From Thermostichus sp. DRC_bins_24 (lineage in GTDB: Bacteria > Cyanobacteriota > Cyanobacteriia > Thermostichales > Thermostichaceae), in assembly GCA_039794845.1 (NCBI GenBank), contig JAUQVK010000115.1, forward strand, positions 32,001 to 96,000: DNA of 64,000 nt. Direction: 5' to 3'. Below are positions 20,692 to 30,675 of this stretch, in pieces. The position numbers and the translations under genes were made by a program. The stretch's first letter is position 1. The number at the start of each line of letters is the position of its first letter. The notes beneath the pieces were generated by a model. It had not been told where the DNA came from and made no database searches. It saw only the letters and a list, made by a program, of their open reading frames with translations.

Positions 20692-21193
20692 ATCCGGAAT
20701 CCTGTTGCCCCCTGGCTACCGCTGGCGCACCGGCTCCGCCTGGGATCGGCCCCGGGTTCGGCAAAGCTTGCAGGCGACTTTGCAAGAAGCTTTTCCGGAG
20801 CAAGCCCACTGGGATCACCTGGAGATAACCCTGGATCGGCTGTTCGATCCACCCAGTACCCCCTGCTGGTGGATCCTAGAGGAAGCAACCGGGGAACCGG
20901 TGGGCTGCGTTTGGGTGGGCATTTCCACAGACCAAGCCACCTACCGGCGGGTCGCGTATATTTTCTTGCTCTGGGTGGATCCCGGGCACCGACGACGAGG
21001 GCTGGGCAGAGCTCTGATTCAGCAGGTGGAACGGTGGGGATCCCAGCAGCAGCTGGCGGCCATCACCCTACAGGTCTACCATCACAACCAAGCTGCCCTC
21101 AGTCTCTATCGACAGGCAGATTTTGCGGTGCAAGGCTACTGGCTCCACAAACCCCTCGGCCCGACTCTTTCCGAGAATCATGAAGTTTTGTAA
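20684..21193 (+). CDS. GNAT N-acetyltransferase
   Basis: LWVDPGHRRRGLGRAL, NQAALSLY. Confidence 0.88.
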   Translation: MSESGILLPPGYRWRTGSAWDRPRVRQSLQATLQEAFPEQAHWDHLEITLDRLFDPPSTPCWWILEEATGEPVGCVWVGISTDQATYRRVAYIFLLWVDPGHRRRGLGRALIQQVERWGSQQQLAAITLQVYHHNQAALSLYRQADFAVQGYWLHKPLGPTLSENHEVL

Positions 21194-21260
21194 ATAAACT
21201 GGGAGCTACCCTCAGTTGCTCTTTTGATGAAACTAGCGGCGTTGACTGGAGGGAATACCC

Positions 21261-21551
21261 ATGTCCAGACCTGTCAAACTGAGCGAAACCGAGATCAACA
21301 CAAAATTGGACAACCTGCCCGGATGGTCTTTGGAGTCTGGCAAACTGCATCGACAGTTTCAATTTGGCTCCTTTGTTGAAGCCTTTGGCTGGATGAGCAG
21401 CGTTGCTTTGGTGGCCGAGAGCATGGGGCATCACCCCGAGTGGAGCAATGTCTACAACCGCGTCCGTGTGGATCTCACCACCCACGATGCTGGGGGCATC
21501 ACAGAACTGGACTTCACCTTGGCGCAGCGCATGAGCGAATTGGCCAAGTGA
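21261..21551 (+). CDS. phhB: Pterin-4a-carbinolamine dehydratase
   Basis: HHPEWSNVYNRV, LTTHDAGGITELD; GGAGG RBS. Confidence 0.93.
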   Translation: MSRPVKLSETEINTKLDNLPGWSLESGKLHRQFQFGSFVEAFGWMSSVALVAESMGHHPEWSNVYNRVRVDLTTHDAGGITELDFTLAQRMSELAK

Positions 21552-21592
21552 CCTACTCCCAACGCTAGGTCAAGCTACGCTGAGACGGCTTC
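21548..21592 (-). mobile_element. IS200/IS605 right-end-like remnant (element D)
   Basis: Minus strand AAGCCG-TCTCAGCGTAG-cttgac-CTAGCGTTGGGA-GTAGGTCAC: hairpin plus GTCAC terminus; upstream extent unclear. Confidence 0.6.
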
Positions 21593-21730
21593 GATTCTTC
21601 AGCATAGATTCAGGGATGGGAAGGATTTGAGGGGTGAAGCACAATCCTTTCAGGAGGCAACTGCACACGGTAAGATAAAACTTCTCGGGCCAAAGCTTGG
21701 CCTACTTCCGCCCCACCCGTTCAGGATCCC

Positions 21731-22921
21731 ATGGCCAACGGCAACTCCTTCGGCGTTATGTTTTCGGTGACCACCTACGGCGAATCCCATGGGGGAGCGG
21801 TAGGGGTGGTGGTGGATGGATGCCCGCCCCGCTTGCCCCTAACGGAAGCGGACATTCAGGCGGAATTGGATCGCCGTCGCCCTGGACAAAGCCACATCAC
21901 CACGCCGCGCAAAGAAGCGGATCGCTGCGAGATCACCTCCGGTGTATTTCAGGGGCTGACCCTGGGCACACCGATTCACATTTTGGTGCGCAACCAGGAT
22001 GCCCGCCCGCAGGACTACAGCGAAATGGCCACCACCTTTCGACCCTCCCATGCGGATGCCACTTACCAAGCCAAGTACGGGATCCGCAACTGGCAAGGTG
22101 GGGGGCGAGCTTCCGCCCGGGAGACGATTGGTCGGGTGGCCGCGGGGGCCATTGCCAAGAAAATTTTGCGGCTGGCCGCCGGGGTGGAGATCCTCGCCTA
22201 CGTGCAGCGGGTGAAAGATTTGGAAGCCCAGGTGGATCCCGCCTTGGTGAGTGCTGAGCAGGTGGAAGCCAACATCGTCCGTTGTCCGGATCCTGAGATG
22301 GCTGCCGCCATGATCCGGATGATCGAGGCTGCCGGTCGAGAAGGCGACTCCCTGGGGGGGGTAGTGGAATGTGTGGCCCGCCGGGTGCCGCGGGGGTTGG
22401 GAGCACCGGTATTCGACAAGCTAGAGGCGGATTTGGCCAAGGCGGTGATGTCTCTGCCGGCCAGCAAAGGCTTTGAAATCGGTTCGGGGTTTGCCGGTAC
22501 CTATTTGACGGGCAAGCAACACAACGACGAGTTTTACATGACCCCCTCCGGCTGGCGTACCCGCAGCAATCGTTCCGGCGGCATTCAGGGGGGAATTGCC
22601 AACGGCGAAGACATCACGCTGCGGGTGGCCTTTAAGCCCACGGCCACGATTCGACAGGCTCAAAAAACCGTCACCCTCACCGGCGAAGAAACGGAATTGG
22701 CGGCGCGGGGGCGGCATGATCCCTGTGTGTTGCCGCGGGCGGTGCCGATGGTGGAAGCGATGGTGGCGCTGGTGTTGTGCGATCATCTGCTGCGTCATCA
22801 GGCCCAGTGCGGATCCCTGGTATTCCCCGAGGAGGGATCCCTGGCCCAGGCCGATGACTCCGTCCCGCTGACACGTTCCCCCATGGTGGGGGCAACGGAA
22901 ACCACCCAAGCCTTGCACTGA
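21731..22921 (+). CDS. aroC: Chorismate synthase
   Basis: GESHG, RPSHAD, RASARET, KPTATI, GRHDPCV. Confidence 0.98.
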   Translation: MANGNSFGVMFSVTTYGESHGGAVGVVVDGCPPRLPLTEADIQAELDRRRPGQSHITTPRKEADRCEITSGVFQGLTLGTPIHILVRNQDARPQDYSEMATTFRPSHADATYQAKYGIRNWQGGGRASARETIGRVAAGAIAKKILRLAAGVEILAYVQRVKDLEAQVDPALVSAEQVEANIVRCPDPEMAAAMIRMIEAAGREGDSLGGVVECVARRVPRGLGAPVFDKLEADLAKAVMSLPASKGFEIGSGFAGTYLTGKQHNDEFYMTPSGWRTRSNRSGGIQGGIANGEDITLRVAFKPTATIRQAQKTVTLTGEETELAARGRHDPCVLPRAVPMVEAMVALVLCDHLLRHQAQCGSLVFPEEGSLAQADDSVPLTRSPMVGATETTQALH

Positions 22922-23004
22922 AGCGATCCCTGTTGCCAGCCCCGGTAGAGTTTGAGGGACATAGACCATACAAAAGGACAGAGCCATCTGCGTATACTTG
23001 ATCC

Positions 23005-23527
23005 ATGCCCAAACTAGATATCATCCACAATGCCGTAAAAAAGGCACTGATTAAGGATGGCTGGTTGGTTACAGATGATCCTTATGTCATTCAATACCAA
23101 AGAACCGTACTATACGCTGATCTTGGTGCCGAACGTCCGATTGCGGTTGAACGAAATGGTCAGAAGCTAGTTGTGGAGGCAAAAAGCTTTGTTGGAGCAT
23201 CCAAGATTCAAGATTTGAAAGAGGCTCTCGGTCAGTACAGCCCTTTCGCTAGTCACATGTAACAGCTATGGAGGTTGAAACCCACCTCCTGGAGGGCTGA
23301 GGAAGCATAAACCCTGCTGTAGAAAACCCGCGCAAGGGCTGTATGACATATACTGCTACCTTTTAGAGGAAATAGCCCCAGACCGTAAGTTGTATGTTGC
23401 TGTTAGCAGAGTTGCATACAATACCTTTTTTACTCAGGATGTGATTCAACTCATTCTCACTAAACATCAACTTCCCATCATTGTTGTAGATATAGAGGCG
23501 GAGGAGATTTTGCAATGGATAAATTAA
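23005..23527 (+). pseudogene. xisH: XisH family protein interrupted by a MITE
   Basis: HNAVKKALIKDGW...ALGQY; removing 23238-23343 restores DIYCYLLEEIAPDRKLYVAV...EEILQWIN*. Confidence 0.9.
23238..23341. mobile_element. 104-bp MITE with 12-bp imperfect terminal inverted repeats and TA duplication
   Basis: TA|CAGCCCTTTCGC ... GCGCAAGGGCTG|TA; excision restores the xisH frame. Confidence 0.88.
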
Positions 23528-23859
23528 CGGAGTATCCAAAGCTAATTCAGCGTATTTTGACTGAATACGTGGAGCTGAGTAAACGTCACTCTAACCCAGA
23601 CATTGAAACGTTTTTGATTGTAGATGAGGCTAAAGCCAACTATATCTGGATGAACCTTGGTTGGCAGAATGGGAAACGTGTTGCTGGAATGACGGTCTAT
23701 GTGCGGATTCGGGATGGTCAATTCTGGATCGAAGAGGATTGGACTGAAAACGGTATTGCAACCGATTTAATTCGTGAAGGTGTTCCCAGAGAGGATATTG
23801 TGCTCGCATTCCATGAGCCTAAGATGAGGCAGTATACGGAGTTTGCTGTAGTGTCGTAG
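23515..23859 (+). CDS. xisI: XisI family protein
   Basis: MDKL..Y, YIWMNLGW, FWIEEDWTENGIA, DIVLAFH; overlaps the xisH end. Confidence 0.92.
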   Translation: MDKLTEYPKLIQRILTEYVELSKRHSNPDIETFLIVDEAKANYIWMNLGWQNGKRVAGMTVYVRIRDGQFWIEEDWTENGIATDLIREGVPREDIVLAFHEPKMRQYTEFAVVS

Positions 23860-23890
23860 TGGCGGTTGAAAGGGCACCGGGATCCCAATC

Positions 23891-25285
23891 ATGGCCAAAG
23901 CAAAAACCGTCTGGGAATGCAGCAACTGCGGTGAACGCTATCCCAAGTTTTTGGGCCGTTGTGAAAACTGCGGTGCCTGGAATACCCTATCCGAAATCGC
24001 CGTTGCCCCGCCGCCAAAATCTCCCCGTGCCCAAGCCCTGAAACCCAGCGCCTCCAGCTCAGCCGGGATCCCTCAAGCTGCCATCCCGATCACGCAAGTG
24101 CAGCCGGATGATCACCCTCGCCTTGCCTCTGGGTACGGGGAGTTCGACCGCGTCTTAGGGGGTGGGATCGTGGCCGGATCCCTGGTGTTGATCGGCGGCG
24201 ATCCGGGGATTGGCAAAAGCACACTGCTATTGCAAACCGCCGAACATTTGGCCAAAAGCGGGCGGATGCTCTACGTGTCGGGGGAAGAGTCGGCCCAACA
24301 AATTAAGCTGCGGGCAGAACGCCTCGGGGTGGGATCCCCCCAGTTGTACCTCTTGGCCGAAACGGATTTGGAGGCCATTTTGCTGGAGATCCAGGCTTTG
24401 CAGCCCCGTGTGGCGGTCATCGATAGCATTCAAGCGATCTTCTGGGGACAAATCACGGCCGCTCCAGGATCGGTCTCACAAGTGCGTGAATGCACCAGCC
24501 TCCTGATGCGGGCGGCGAAAAAATTGGGGGTAGCGCTGCTGATTGTGGGCCATGTTACCAAAGATGGATCCCTGGCGGGGCCGAAGGTGCTGGAGCATTT
24601 GGTGGATACGGTTTTGTACTTTGAGGGGGATCGCTTTCAGAGCCATCGCCTGTTGCGTTCGGTGAAAAATCGCTTCGGGGCAGCCCAGGAAATTGGTGTC
24701 TTTGAAATGGCGGAATCGGGCTTGGTGGAGGTGGAAAACCCCTCGCAACTGTTTTTGAGCAGTCGGGATCAAGCCACACCCGGAACGGCAACCATTGTCG
24801 CCTGTGAAGGCACTCGCCCCCTCGTGGTAGAGGTGCAGGCCCTGGTTAGCCCCACCAGCTACAGCTCACCCCGCCGGACCCCCACCGGTATTGAGATGAA
24901 CCGCTTTTTGCAAATCTTGGCGGTTTTAGAAAAACGGGTTGGGATCCCGCTTTCCAAATACGATGCCTACATTGCCTCCGCCGGTGGCATCAATGTGGCC
25001 GAGCCGGCTGCCGATTTGGGGGTAGCCGTAGCCGTGGCCGCCAGCTTTCGGGATCGCCTGGTGGATCCCTTCACGGTTTTGATTGGAGAGGTGGGGTTGG
25101 GGGGGCAGGTGCGCCCGGTGTCGCAGCTGGAGCAGCGGCTGAAAGAAGCGAGCAAGCTGGGGTTTCGCCACGCCATTATTCCCAATAGCCCCGTCTTGTC
25201 GGATTACGGCCTGCGCCTAAGCCGGGTGAATCGGGTGCTGGAGGCCCTGATCGTGGCGTTGCCCAGTTCCGAGAGTCCTGAGTGA
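23891..25285 (+). CDS. radA: DNA repair protein RadA/Sms
   Basis: C4 zinc finger, GDPGIGKST, KNRFG. Confidence 0.98.
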   Translation: MAKAKTVWECSNCGERYPKFLGRCENCGAWNTLSEIAVAPPPKSPRAQALKPSASSSAGIPQAAIPITQVQPDDHPRLASGYGEFDRVLGGGIVAGSLVLIGGDPGIGKSTLLLQTAEHLAKSGRMLYVSGEESAQQIKLRAERLGVGSPQLYLLAETDLEAILLEIQALQPRVAVIDSIQAIFWGQITAAPGSVSQVRECTSLLMRAAKKLGVALLIVGHVTKDGSLAGPKVLEHLVDTVLYFEGDRFQSHRLLRSVKNRFGAAQEIGVFEMAESGLVEVENPSQLFLSSRDQATPGTATIVACEGTRPLVVEVQALVSPTSYSSPRRTPTGIEMNRFLQILAVLEKRVGIPLSKYDAYIASAGGINVAEPAADLGVAVAVAASFRDRLVDPFTVLIGEVGLGGQVRPVSQLEQRLKEASKLGFRHAIIPNSPVLSDYGLRLSRVNRVLEALIVALPSSESPE

Positions 25286-25399
25286 GTTGGTTGTTGTTCA
25301 TTGTTGGCTGTGGATGTTGATTGAGCAAAAGCCTTGGCAAAACCAACCGCAAGCCTGCGGGTAAAATGGCCTCACCTGAGGTTGGAGAACCTGCCAGTG

Positions 25400-26674
25400 A
25401 TGCTCACATCTCGTCGTCGGTTTTTGCTCAGTACGGGGGCGCTGCTGTTGGGGGCTTGTGGAGGGCGACAGCTGGCCCCGCCGGGAACAGCAAAGATCCG
25501 CCTCCGCTTCTGGACGATGCAACTGAAGCCCACCTTCGACGACTATCTGAACCGGGTGATCGCCGATTTCCAAGGTCAGTACCCCGATACCACCGTGGAG
25601 TGGGTGGATGTGCCCTGGGGGGAGATGGAAACCAAAATCCTGACGGCGGTGGCCGCCAACACAGGCCCAGATGTGGTGAACCTCAACCCGCCCTTTGCCA
25701 GCAAACTGGCCGAACGCGATGCCCTTTTGGATCTGGAAACCCAGGTTTCTGAAGCTGAACGTGCCGCCTATTTCCCCAACCTTTGGCGGGCCAACCAACT
25801 GCTCAAAGCCGGAGCCTCATCCCCGGTCACCTTCGGCTTACCCTGGTACGTGGCCAGCGATATCACCCTCTACAACCGGGCTTTGCTAGAAGACTCGGGC
25901 TGGGATGCCGATACCCCCCCCAGGACCTATGCCGAGTTGGCCCAGCTCGCCCCCCAAATCCGGGAGCGCACCGGCAAATACGCCTTCATGTTGACCCTGG
26001 ATGGATCCCAGGTGTTGGAGGCGATGGTGCAGATGGGGCTGCCACTGCTGGATGGGGAAGGAAAGGCAGGATTTGCTAACCCGGCGGGGGAAGCGGCCTT
26101 TGCCTACTGGGTGGATTTGTTTCAGTCGGGCGGGATCCCACGGGAGGTACTGACGGAAAGCCACCGCCGTACTCTGGAGCTGTATCAGTCGGGGGAACTG
26201 GCCTTTTTGCTGACGGGGCCGCAGTTTTTACGGCAGATCCAAGAAAATGCCCCCGATATTGCCCAGGTGACTGATGTGGCCCCCCAACTGGCCGGCTTGG
26301 ATGGGCGCATCAGTGCGGCGGTGATGAACGTGGCCATTCCCAAAGCCACCCCCCACCCCGAGCGGGCGGTGCAATTTGCCCTCTTCCTCACGAATGCCCA
26401 GAACCAACTGGAATTTTCTCAGCTGGCCAATACCCTACCCTCGACAGTGGCGACGGCGGCGGATCCCTACTTTACGGGTACCGCGGAAACCGTGGTGGAT
26501 AAAGCCCGGCTGGTAAGTGCGGCTCAACTACCCCAGGCGCAGGTGTTGATCCCCCCGGTAGAGGGCTTGGGGGATTTGCAGAAGATCATTTACGAAGAGT
26601 TGCAACGGGCGATGCTGGGGGAAAAGTCGGTACAGGCAGCAGTGCGGGATGCGGCCCAACGCTGGAATGGCTAA
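25400..26674 (+). CDS. Carbohydrate ABC substrate-binding lipoprotein
   Basis: SRRRFL Tat motif + LGAC lipobox; FWTMQLKPTF, EWVDVPW. Confidence 0.88.
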   Translation: MLTSRRRFLLSTGALLLGACGGRQLAPPGTAKIRLRFWTMQLKPTFDDYLNRVIADFQGQYPDTTVEWVDVPWGEMETKILTAVAANTGPDVVNLNPPFASKLAERDALLDLETQVSEAERAAYFPNLWRANQLLKAGASSPVTFGLPWYVASDITLYNRALLEDSGWDADTPPRTYAELAQLAPQIRERTGKYAFMLTLDGSQVLEAMVQMGLPLLDGEGKAGFANPAGEAAFAYWVDLFQSGGIPREVLTESHRRTLELYQSGELAFLLTGPQFLRQIQENAPDIAQVTDVAPQLAGLDGRISAAVMNVAIPKATPHPERAVQFALFLTNAQNQLEFSQLANTLPSTVATAADPYFTGTAETVVDKARLVSAAQLPQAQVLIPPVEGLGDLQKIIYEELQRAMLGEKSVQAAVRDAAQRWNG

Positions 26675-27590
26675 AAAAACTTCATCAGAGTTATCTCGGT
26701 CATCCCCACCCAGATGGGAACGGTTGTGGATCCACTCTGGCCCCTACTTGTTTCTGTTGCCCGCCCTGATCTTGATGGGGATCGCCGCCTTTTGGCCGAT
26801 GCTGCAAGCGGTTTACCTGAGTTTGACCCGCTATGACCTGCTCAGTGCCCCCACCTGGATTGGCCTAGAGAACTACTTGCGCCTGACCCGGGATCCCCTC
26901 TTTTGGAGAGCCCTGGGAAATACCTTAATGTATGTGGGTTTGGTGGTGCCGCCTTTGGTGTGGTTGCCGCTGGGGCTGGCGATTTTGGTGAATCGACGGC
27001 TGCCGGGGATTGGGATTTTTCGCTTGCTCTACTATCTGCCGGTGGTGTTTTCGGTGGTGGTGGCGGGCTTGGCCTGGCGCTGGCTCTATGCCGAGAATGG
27101 CCTGTTGAACCACATTCTTTCTGTGCTGTCGGGGCATCCGCTACGGATCCCTTGGTTGACGGATCCCCGTTGGGCCTTGTTCTCCGTTAGTTTGGTCACC
27201 ATCTGGAAAGGCTTGGGCTACTACATGGTGATTTATTTGGCCGGCTTGCAGGGGATCCCGGCCCATTTGTACGAAGCCGCTGCCCTGGATGGGGCGAATC
27301 GTTGGCAACAACACCGCTGGATTACCCTGCCCCTGATGCGCCCTTACCAACTGTTGGTGTTGATCCTCTCCACCATTGCCGCCATGAAGGTGTTTGAGGA
27401 AGTGTATTTGCTCACCCGCGGCGGCCCGGTCTACAGCACCCTCACTTTGGTGTACTACCTTTACGAGCGGGGCATCAGCAATCTGGAGATGGGCTACGCT
27501 TCCGCCCTAGGGTTGGTGTTGTTTGGGGTGGTGTTGGCTTTGTCGCTGGGGGCAGTGCGGCTTTATTCCAGGGAAGAGGAAAAAGAGTAG
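26667..27590 (+). CDS. Carbohydrate ABC permease
   Basis: PYLFLLP, LYEAAALDGA EAA loop. Confidence 0.92.
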   Translation: MAKKTSSELSRSSPPRWERLWIHSGPYLFLLPALILMGIAAFWPMLQAVYLSLTRYDLLSAPTWIGLENYLRLTRDPLFWRALGNTLMYVGLVVPPLVWLPLGLAILVNRRLPGIGIFRLLYYLPVVFSVVVAGLAWRWLYAENGLLNHILSVLSGHPLRIPWLTDPRWALFSVSLVTIWKGLGYYMVIYLAGLQGIPAHLYEAAALDGANRWQQHRWITLPLMRPYQLLVLILSTIAAMKVFEEVYLLTRGGPVYSTLTLVYYLYERGISNLEMGYASALGLVLFGVVLALSLGAVRLYSREEEKE

Positions 27591-27647
27591 TCATCCCCCA
27601 TTCGCCTGCCCAGAGCAACGGTGGCTGGGGGAGAAGTGCGGAAAACA

Positions 27648-27661
27648 GTATTCCTCGGTAC
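27648..27661. promoter_or_regulatory. Candidate NtcA binding site
   Basis: Perfect GTA-TTCCTCGG-TAC in a 460-bp intergenic region. Confidence 0.45.
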
Positions 27662-27801
27662 AACTGATCCGGATCACAGACAAATCTTGTAAGATAAAGG
27701 GCTACGAGGGCATTGACCGGATCCCTCTTGCCTAATGTAATCGTCCGATGTACCAGACTTAACCGCCCGCCCTTGGCAGCCCACAGGATAAGGATTGACC
27801 T

Positions 27802-27876
27802 ATGGCACTGGTTGCACTGTTTATTTTCGTCCTGTACCTGATTGTCTCCAACTTGAATGCTCAAGCTGAGCGCTAA
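27802..27876 (+). CDS. Putative 24-aa single-helix membrane micro-protein
   Basis: MALVALFIFVLYLIVSNLNAQAER*; AGGA-type RBS 7 nt upstream. Confidence 0.45.
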   Translation: MALVALFIFVLYLIVSNLNAQAER

Positions 27877-28017
27877 CTTTTTCATCTGCAAGGAGTTCGT
27901 ATCAAGCCTGCAAAAGCCAGCGGCTCTACTCCTGTTCTGCATCTCCCGCTCTGGGGGGGTGAGGGCAGGTGCTCCAAACCCAATTCAAACTCAATTCAAA
28001 GAACTGTCGAGCAGGGA

Positions 28018-28049
28018 AAGAATCCCCTCCCTTTGAGGATGACAGTCAA
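28018..28049 (+). mobile_element. Degenerate IS200/IS605 right-end-like remnant
   Basis: AAGAATCCCCTCCCTTTGAGGATGACAGTCAA resembles the GAATCCCC...TTT...GTCAA type end; hairpin decayed. Confidence 0.35.
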
Positions 28050-28050
28050 G

Positions 28051-30558
28051 TTAACTTCGTAAGATAACCTGAAACTGTTTTTCCAACTGGGCTCTTACCC
28101 GGCTTTGGGCCGCTTCTACTTCAGCATCCGTGAGGGTGCGATCGAGGGCGCGGTAGACCAGTCGAAAGGCAAGGCTACGCTGCCCTTCCGGGACACCCTG
28201 GCCGCGATACTCGTCGAAAAGCTGCACCGACTGAAGCAGCTCGCCTCCCGCCTGGCGAATGGCTTGTTCGAGTTCTCCCACAGAAAGGGCAATCGGTGCA
28301 AAGAAGGCAATATCCCGATCCGAGGCCGGGAAAGTTGAGAAGGGGGAAAATTGCACAATGCCCCGTTTCTCTAAGATCTCCAGCAAGGGATCCAGTTCCA
28401 ACTCAAATGCATATACCTGATCCGGCAGGCCCTTGTCTTGACAGAGGCGGGGATGTAATTGCCCAAACAAGCCCATACGGGATCCCTCGATCCACAGGCT
28501 GGCCTGGCGACCGGGATGCAGCTCCGGAGATTGCTCAGAGGTCGAATCCACTCGAAACTCGGGGTGGAACCCTAACCGTTCCAGAGCCGAGACCAGTAAT
28601 CCCTTGGCCTCGAACCAGTCCATCGGGCGGTTGTGGTGTTGCCAATCGTTGGGGTTGGGATCCCCACCCAAAATGCCGCCGATGTGATCAGCTTCTCGGT
28701 AGGGGTGGGGGCTGGGGGGAAGGGCACGGGCAAAAACACGACCGATTTCAAAAGCTTGTAACGGGCCATTGCCTTGATCCCAATTGAAGCGGAAGGCTTC
28801 CACCAAACCGGGCAGGAGGGCATCTCGCACGGCGGAATATTCCGGCGAGAGGGGGTTGGCAATTTTCACCAAGTCCCTGTTGGAGCCACTCCCCTCTGCA
28901 TTAGCCGGGCACAAAGAGAGATGGTAAAGCTCCGTGAGGCCAATGCCGCGCAGCACTTCCCGGATCTGACGGGTGAAGGATTCCCGTGGGGAAAGGGATC
29001 CCACCTGGGGTTCGGGGGGCAGGGTTTCGGAGAAACGGTCGTAGCCGTAAAGGCGGGCAAATTCCTCGATGAGGTCGATCTCCCGTTCGATATCCCGCAG
29101 GCGGTAGGGGGGAACGGTAACCTGCCAGACACAACGCGCCACGGTTGCCGTTTCGGTCTCGGGAGAAGCGGGTTTTGCACCGGGTTTGGTGACCACCTTG
29201 GGGACACAGGGAGACAGCTGAAAGCCCAGAGCAGGCAAGATCTCCTCGACATCCGCCGCCCGCACATCATCCCCCAACACATCGATTAGCCGAGACAGCC
29301 TTAGCTCCAGGGTGCGCTCTAGAGAGGGCCGTTGGTCGAAGGTGGTGATGCCGGTGACTTGTCCGCCGGCCAACTCCAGGATCAACTGCACCGCCCGATC
29401 CCGCGCCTGATCCAGACCGGCAAAATTCACTCCCCGTTCGTAGCGAGCTGAGGCTTCGGTGCGCAGGGCTTGTGAACGTGCGGAGCGCCGCGTCACCACG
29501 GGGTCGAACAGGGCGGCTTCCAGAAAAATGTTGGTCGTCCCTGAGTTCACCTCGGTTTCTTCGCCCCCCATCACTCCCGCCAGAGCTACAGGCCGATCTG
29601 CAGCGGTGATCAGATGGCTCTCGGCTTGCAGGGTGCGGATTTGGCCGTCCAGGGTTTTCAGGGTTTCTCCGGTTTGGGCGAGGCGCACCCCGATAGCAGG
29701 CTTTTTCGGCTTGCCCATCACCTGCAGCAGGCAATCCCAATCGAAGGCGTGCAAGGGTTGGCCCCATTCCAACAGGATCAAATTGGTGATGTCCACCACG
29801 TTGTTGATGGAGCGCGTCCCGGCTGCTGCCAAACGGTGTTTCAGCCAGTCGGGGGACGGGCCGATCTTCACCCCCTCAATCAACACACCACTGTAGGCAG
29901 GACAGGCTTTGGCATCGGCAATGTGCAGTTTCAGATTGGGAATGGGTTTGGCCTCGAGGGGCTTGACGGGGGGCAGGTGCAGCGGGTTACGGGTGAGGGC
30001 AGCCACTTCACGGGCAATGCCGACCATGCTCAGGGCATCGGCACGGTTAGCCGTTGAGGTGAGATCCAGCACCACGTCATCCAAGCCCAAGAGGGGACGG
30101 ACATCGGAGCCGAGGGGATGGGTTTCCAGATCTAAGTCGGTTGGAAATTCGTGGATCCCTTCGGAGGATTTTTCCAGTCCCAATTCCGCCAAAGAACAGA
30201 TCATGCCGGCAGAGGTCACCCCCCGTTTCTCGGCTTTTTCAATGGTGAGGTTGAGGGCGGGCAAATGGGTGCCTGGGGTAGCGACGGCAACGAGGATCCC
30301 GGCACGGGCGTTGGCGGCTCCACAGACGATGGTGGCAGGCGGCTTGCCCCCCAGATCCACCTGACAAACCTGCAGTTTATCGGCGTTGGGGTGAGGTTCT
30401 GCCTTGAGAATTTTGCCCAGGACTACTCCATCTGCCCAGGTGCGGCGATCTTCGATATCTTCCACCTCAAACCCTGCCAGGGTCAGGGCTTCCCCCAATT
30501 CTTCTGGTGAAAGCTCGAAGTCTACCAGTTCCCGCAACCACTTCAAGGAGATGCGCAT
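28051..30558 (-). CDS. pheT: Phenylalanyl-tRNA synthetase beta subunit
   Basis: MRISLKWLRE, HPNADKL, TANRADALS, DLIEEFARLYGY, FDX-ACB tail. Confidence 0.98.
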   Translation of the reverse strand: MRISLKWLRELVDFELSPEELGEALTLAGFEVEDIEDRRTWADGVVLGKILKAEPHPNADKLQVCQVDLGGKPPATIVCGAANARAGILVAVATPGTHLPALNLTIEKAEKRGVTSAGMICSLAELGLEKSSEGIHEFPTDLDLETHPLGSDVRPLLGLDDVVLDLTSTANRADALSMVGIAREVAALTRNPLHLPPVKPLEAKPIPNLKLHIADAKACPAYSGVLIEGVKIGPSPDWLKHRLAAAGTRSINNVVDITNLILLEWGQPLHAFDWDCLLQVMGKPKKPAIGVRLAQTGETLKTLDGQIRTLQAESHLITAADRPVALAGVMGGEETEVNSGTTNIFLEAALFDPVVTRRSARSQALRTEASARYERGVNFAGLDQARDRAVQLILELAGGQVTGITTFDQRPSLERTLELRLSRLIDVLGDDVRAADVEEILPALGFQLSPCVPKVVTKPGAKPASPETETATVARCVWQVTVPPYRLRDIEREIDLIEEFARLYGYDRFSETLPPEPQVGSLSPRESFTRQIREVLRGIGLTELYHLSLCPANAEGSGSNRDLVKIANPLSPEYSAVRDALLPGLVEAFRFNWDQGNGPLQAFEIGRVFARALPPSPHPYREADHIGGILGGDPNPNDWQHHNRPMDWFEAKGLLVSALERLGFHPEFRVDSTSEQSPELHPGRQASLWIEGSRMGLFGQLHPRLCQDKGLPDQVYAFELELDPLLEILEKRGIVQFSPFSTFPASDRDIAFFAPIALSVGELEQAIRQAGGELLQSVQLFDEYRGQGVPEGQRSLAFRLVYRALDRTLTDAEVEAAQSRVRAQLEKQFQVILRS

Positions 30559-30675
30559 CGCTCAGCCGTTGGTGCAAACGCCGCACCCATTATCGCTCAC
30601 CAGGCCCTCTCCCCCAGCACCGGATCTCGGTTGAATCCATGGCCCCCTCTTGAATGGGATCCCGTCAGCCCACCT

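Noticed and set aside
21628..21645. TGAGGGGTGAAGCACAAT resembling the core of elements A/B
   Set aside because: Short, gapped match in the opposite orientation to element D's end; probably chance.
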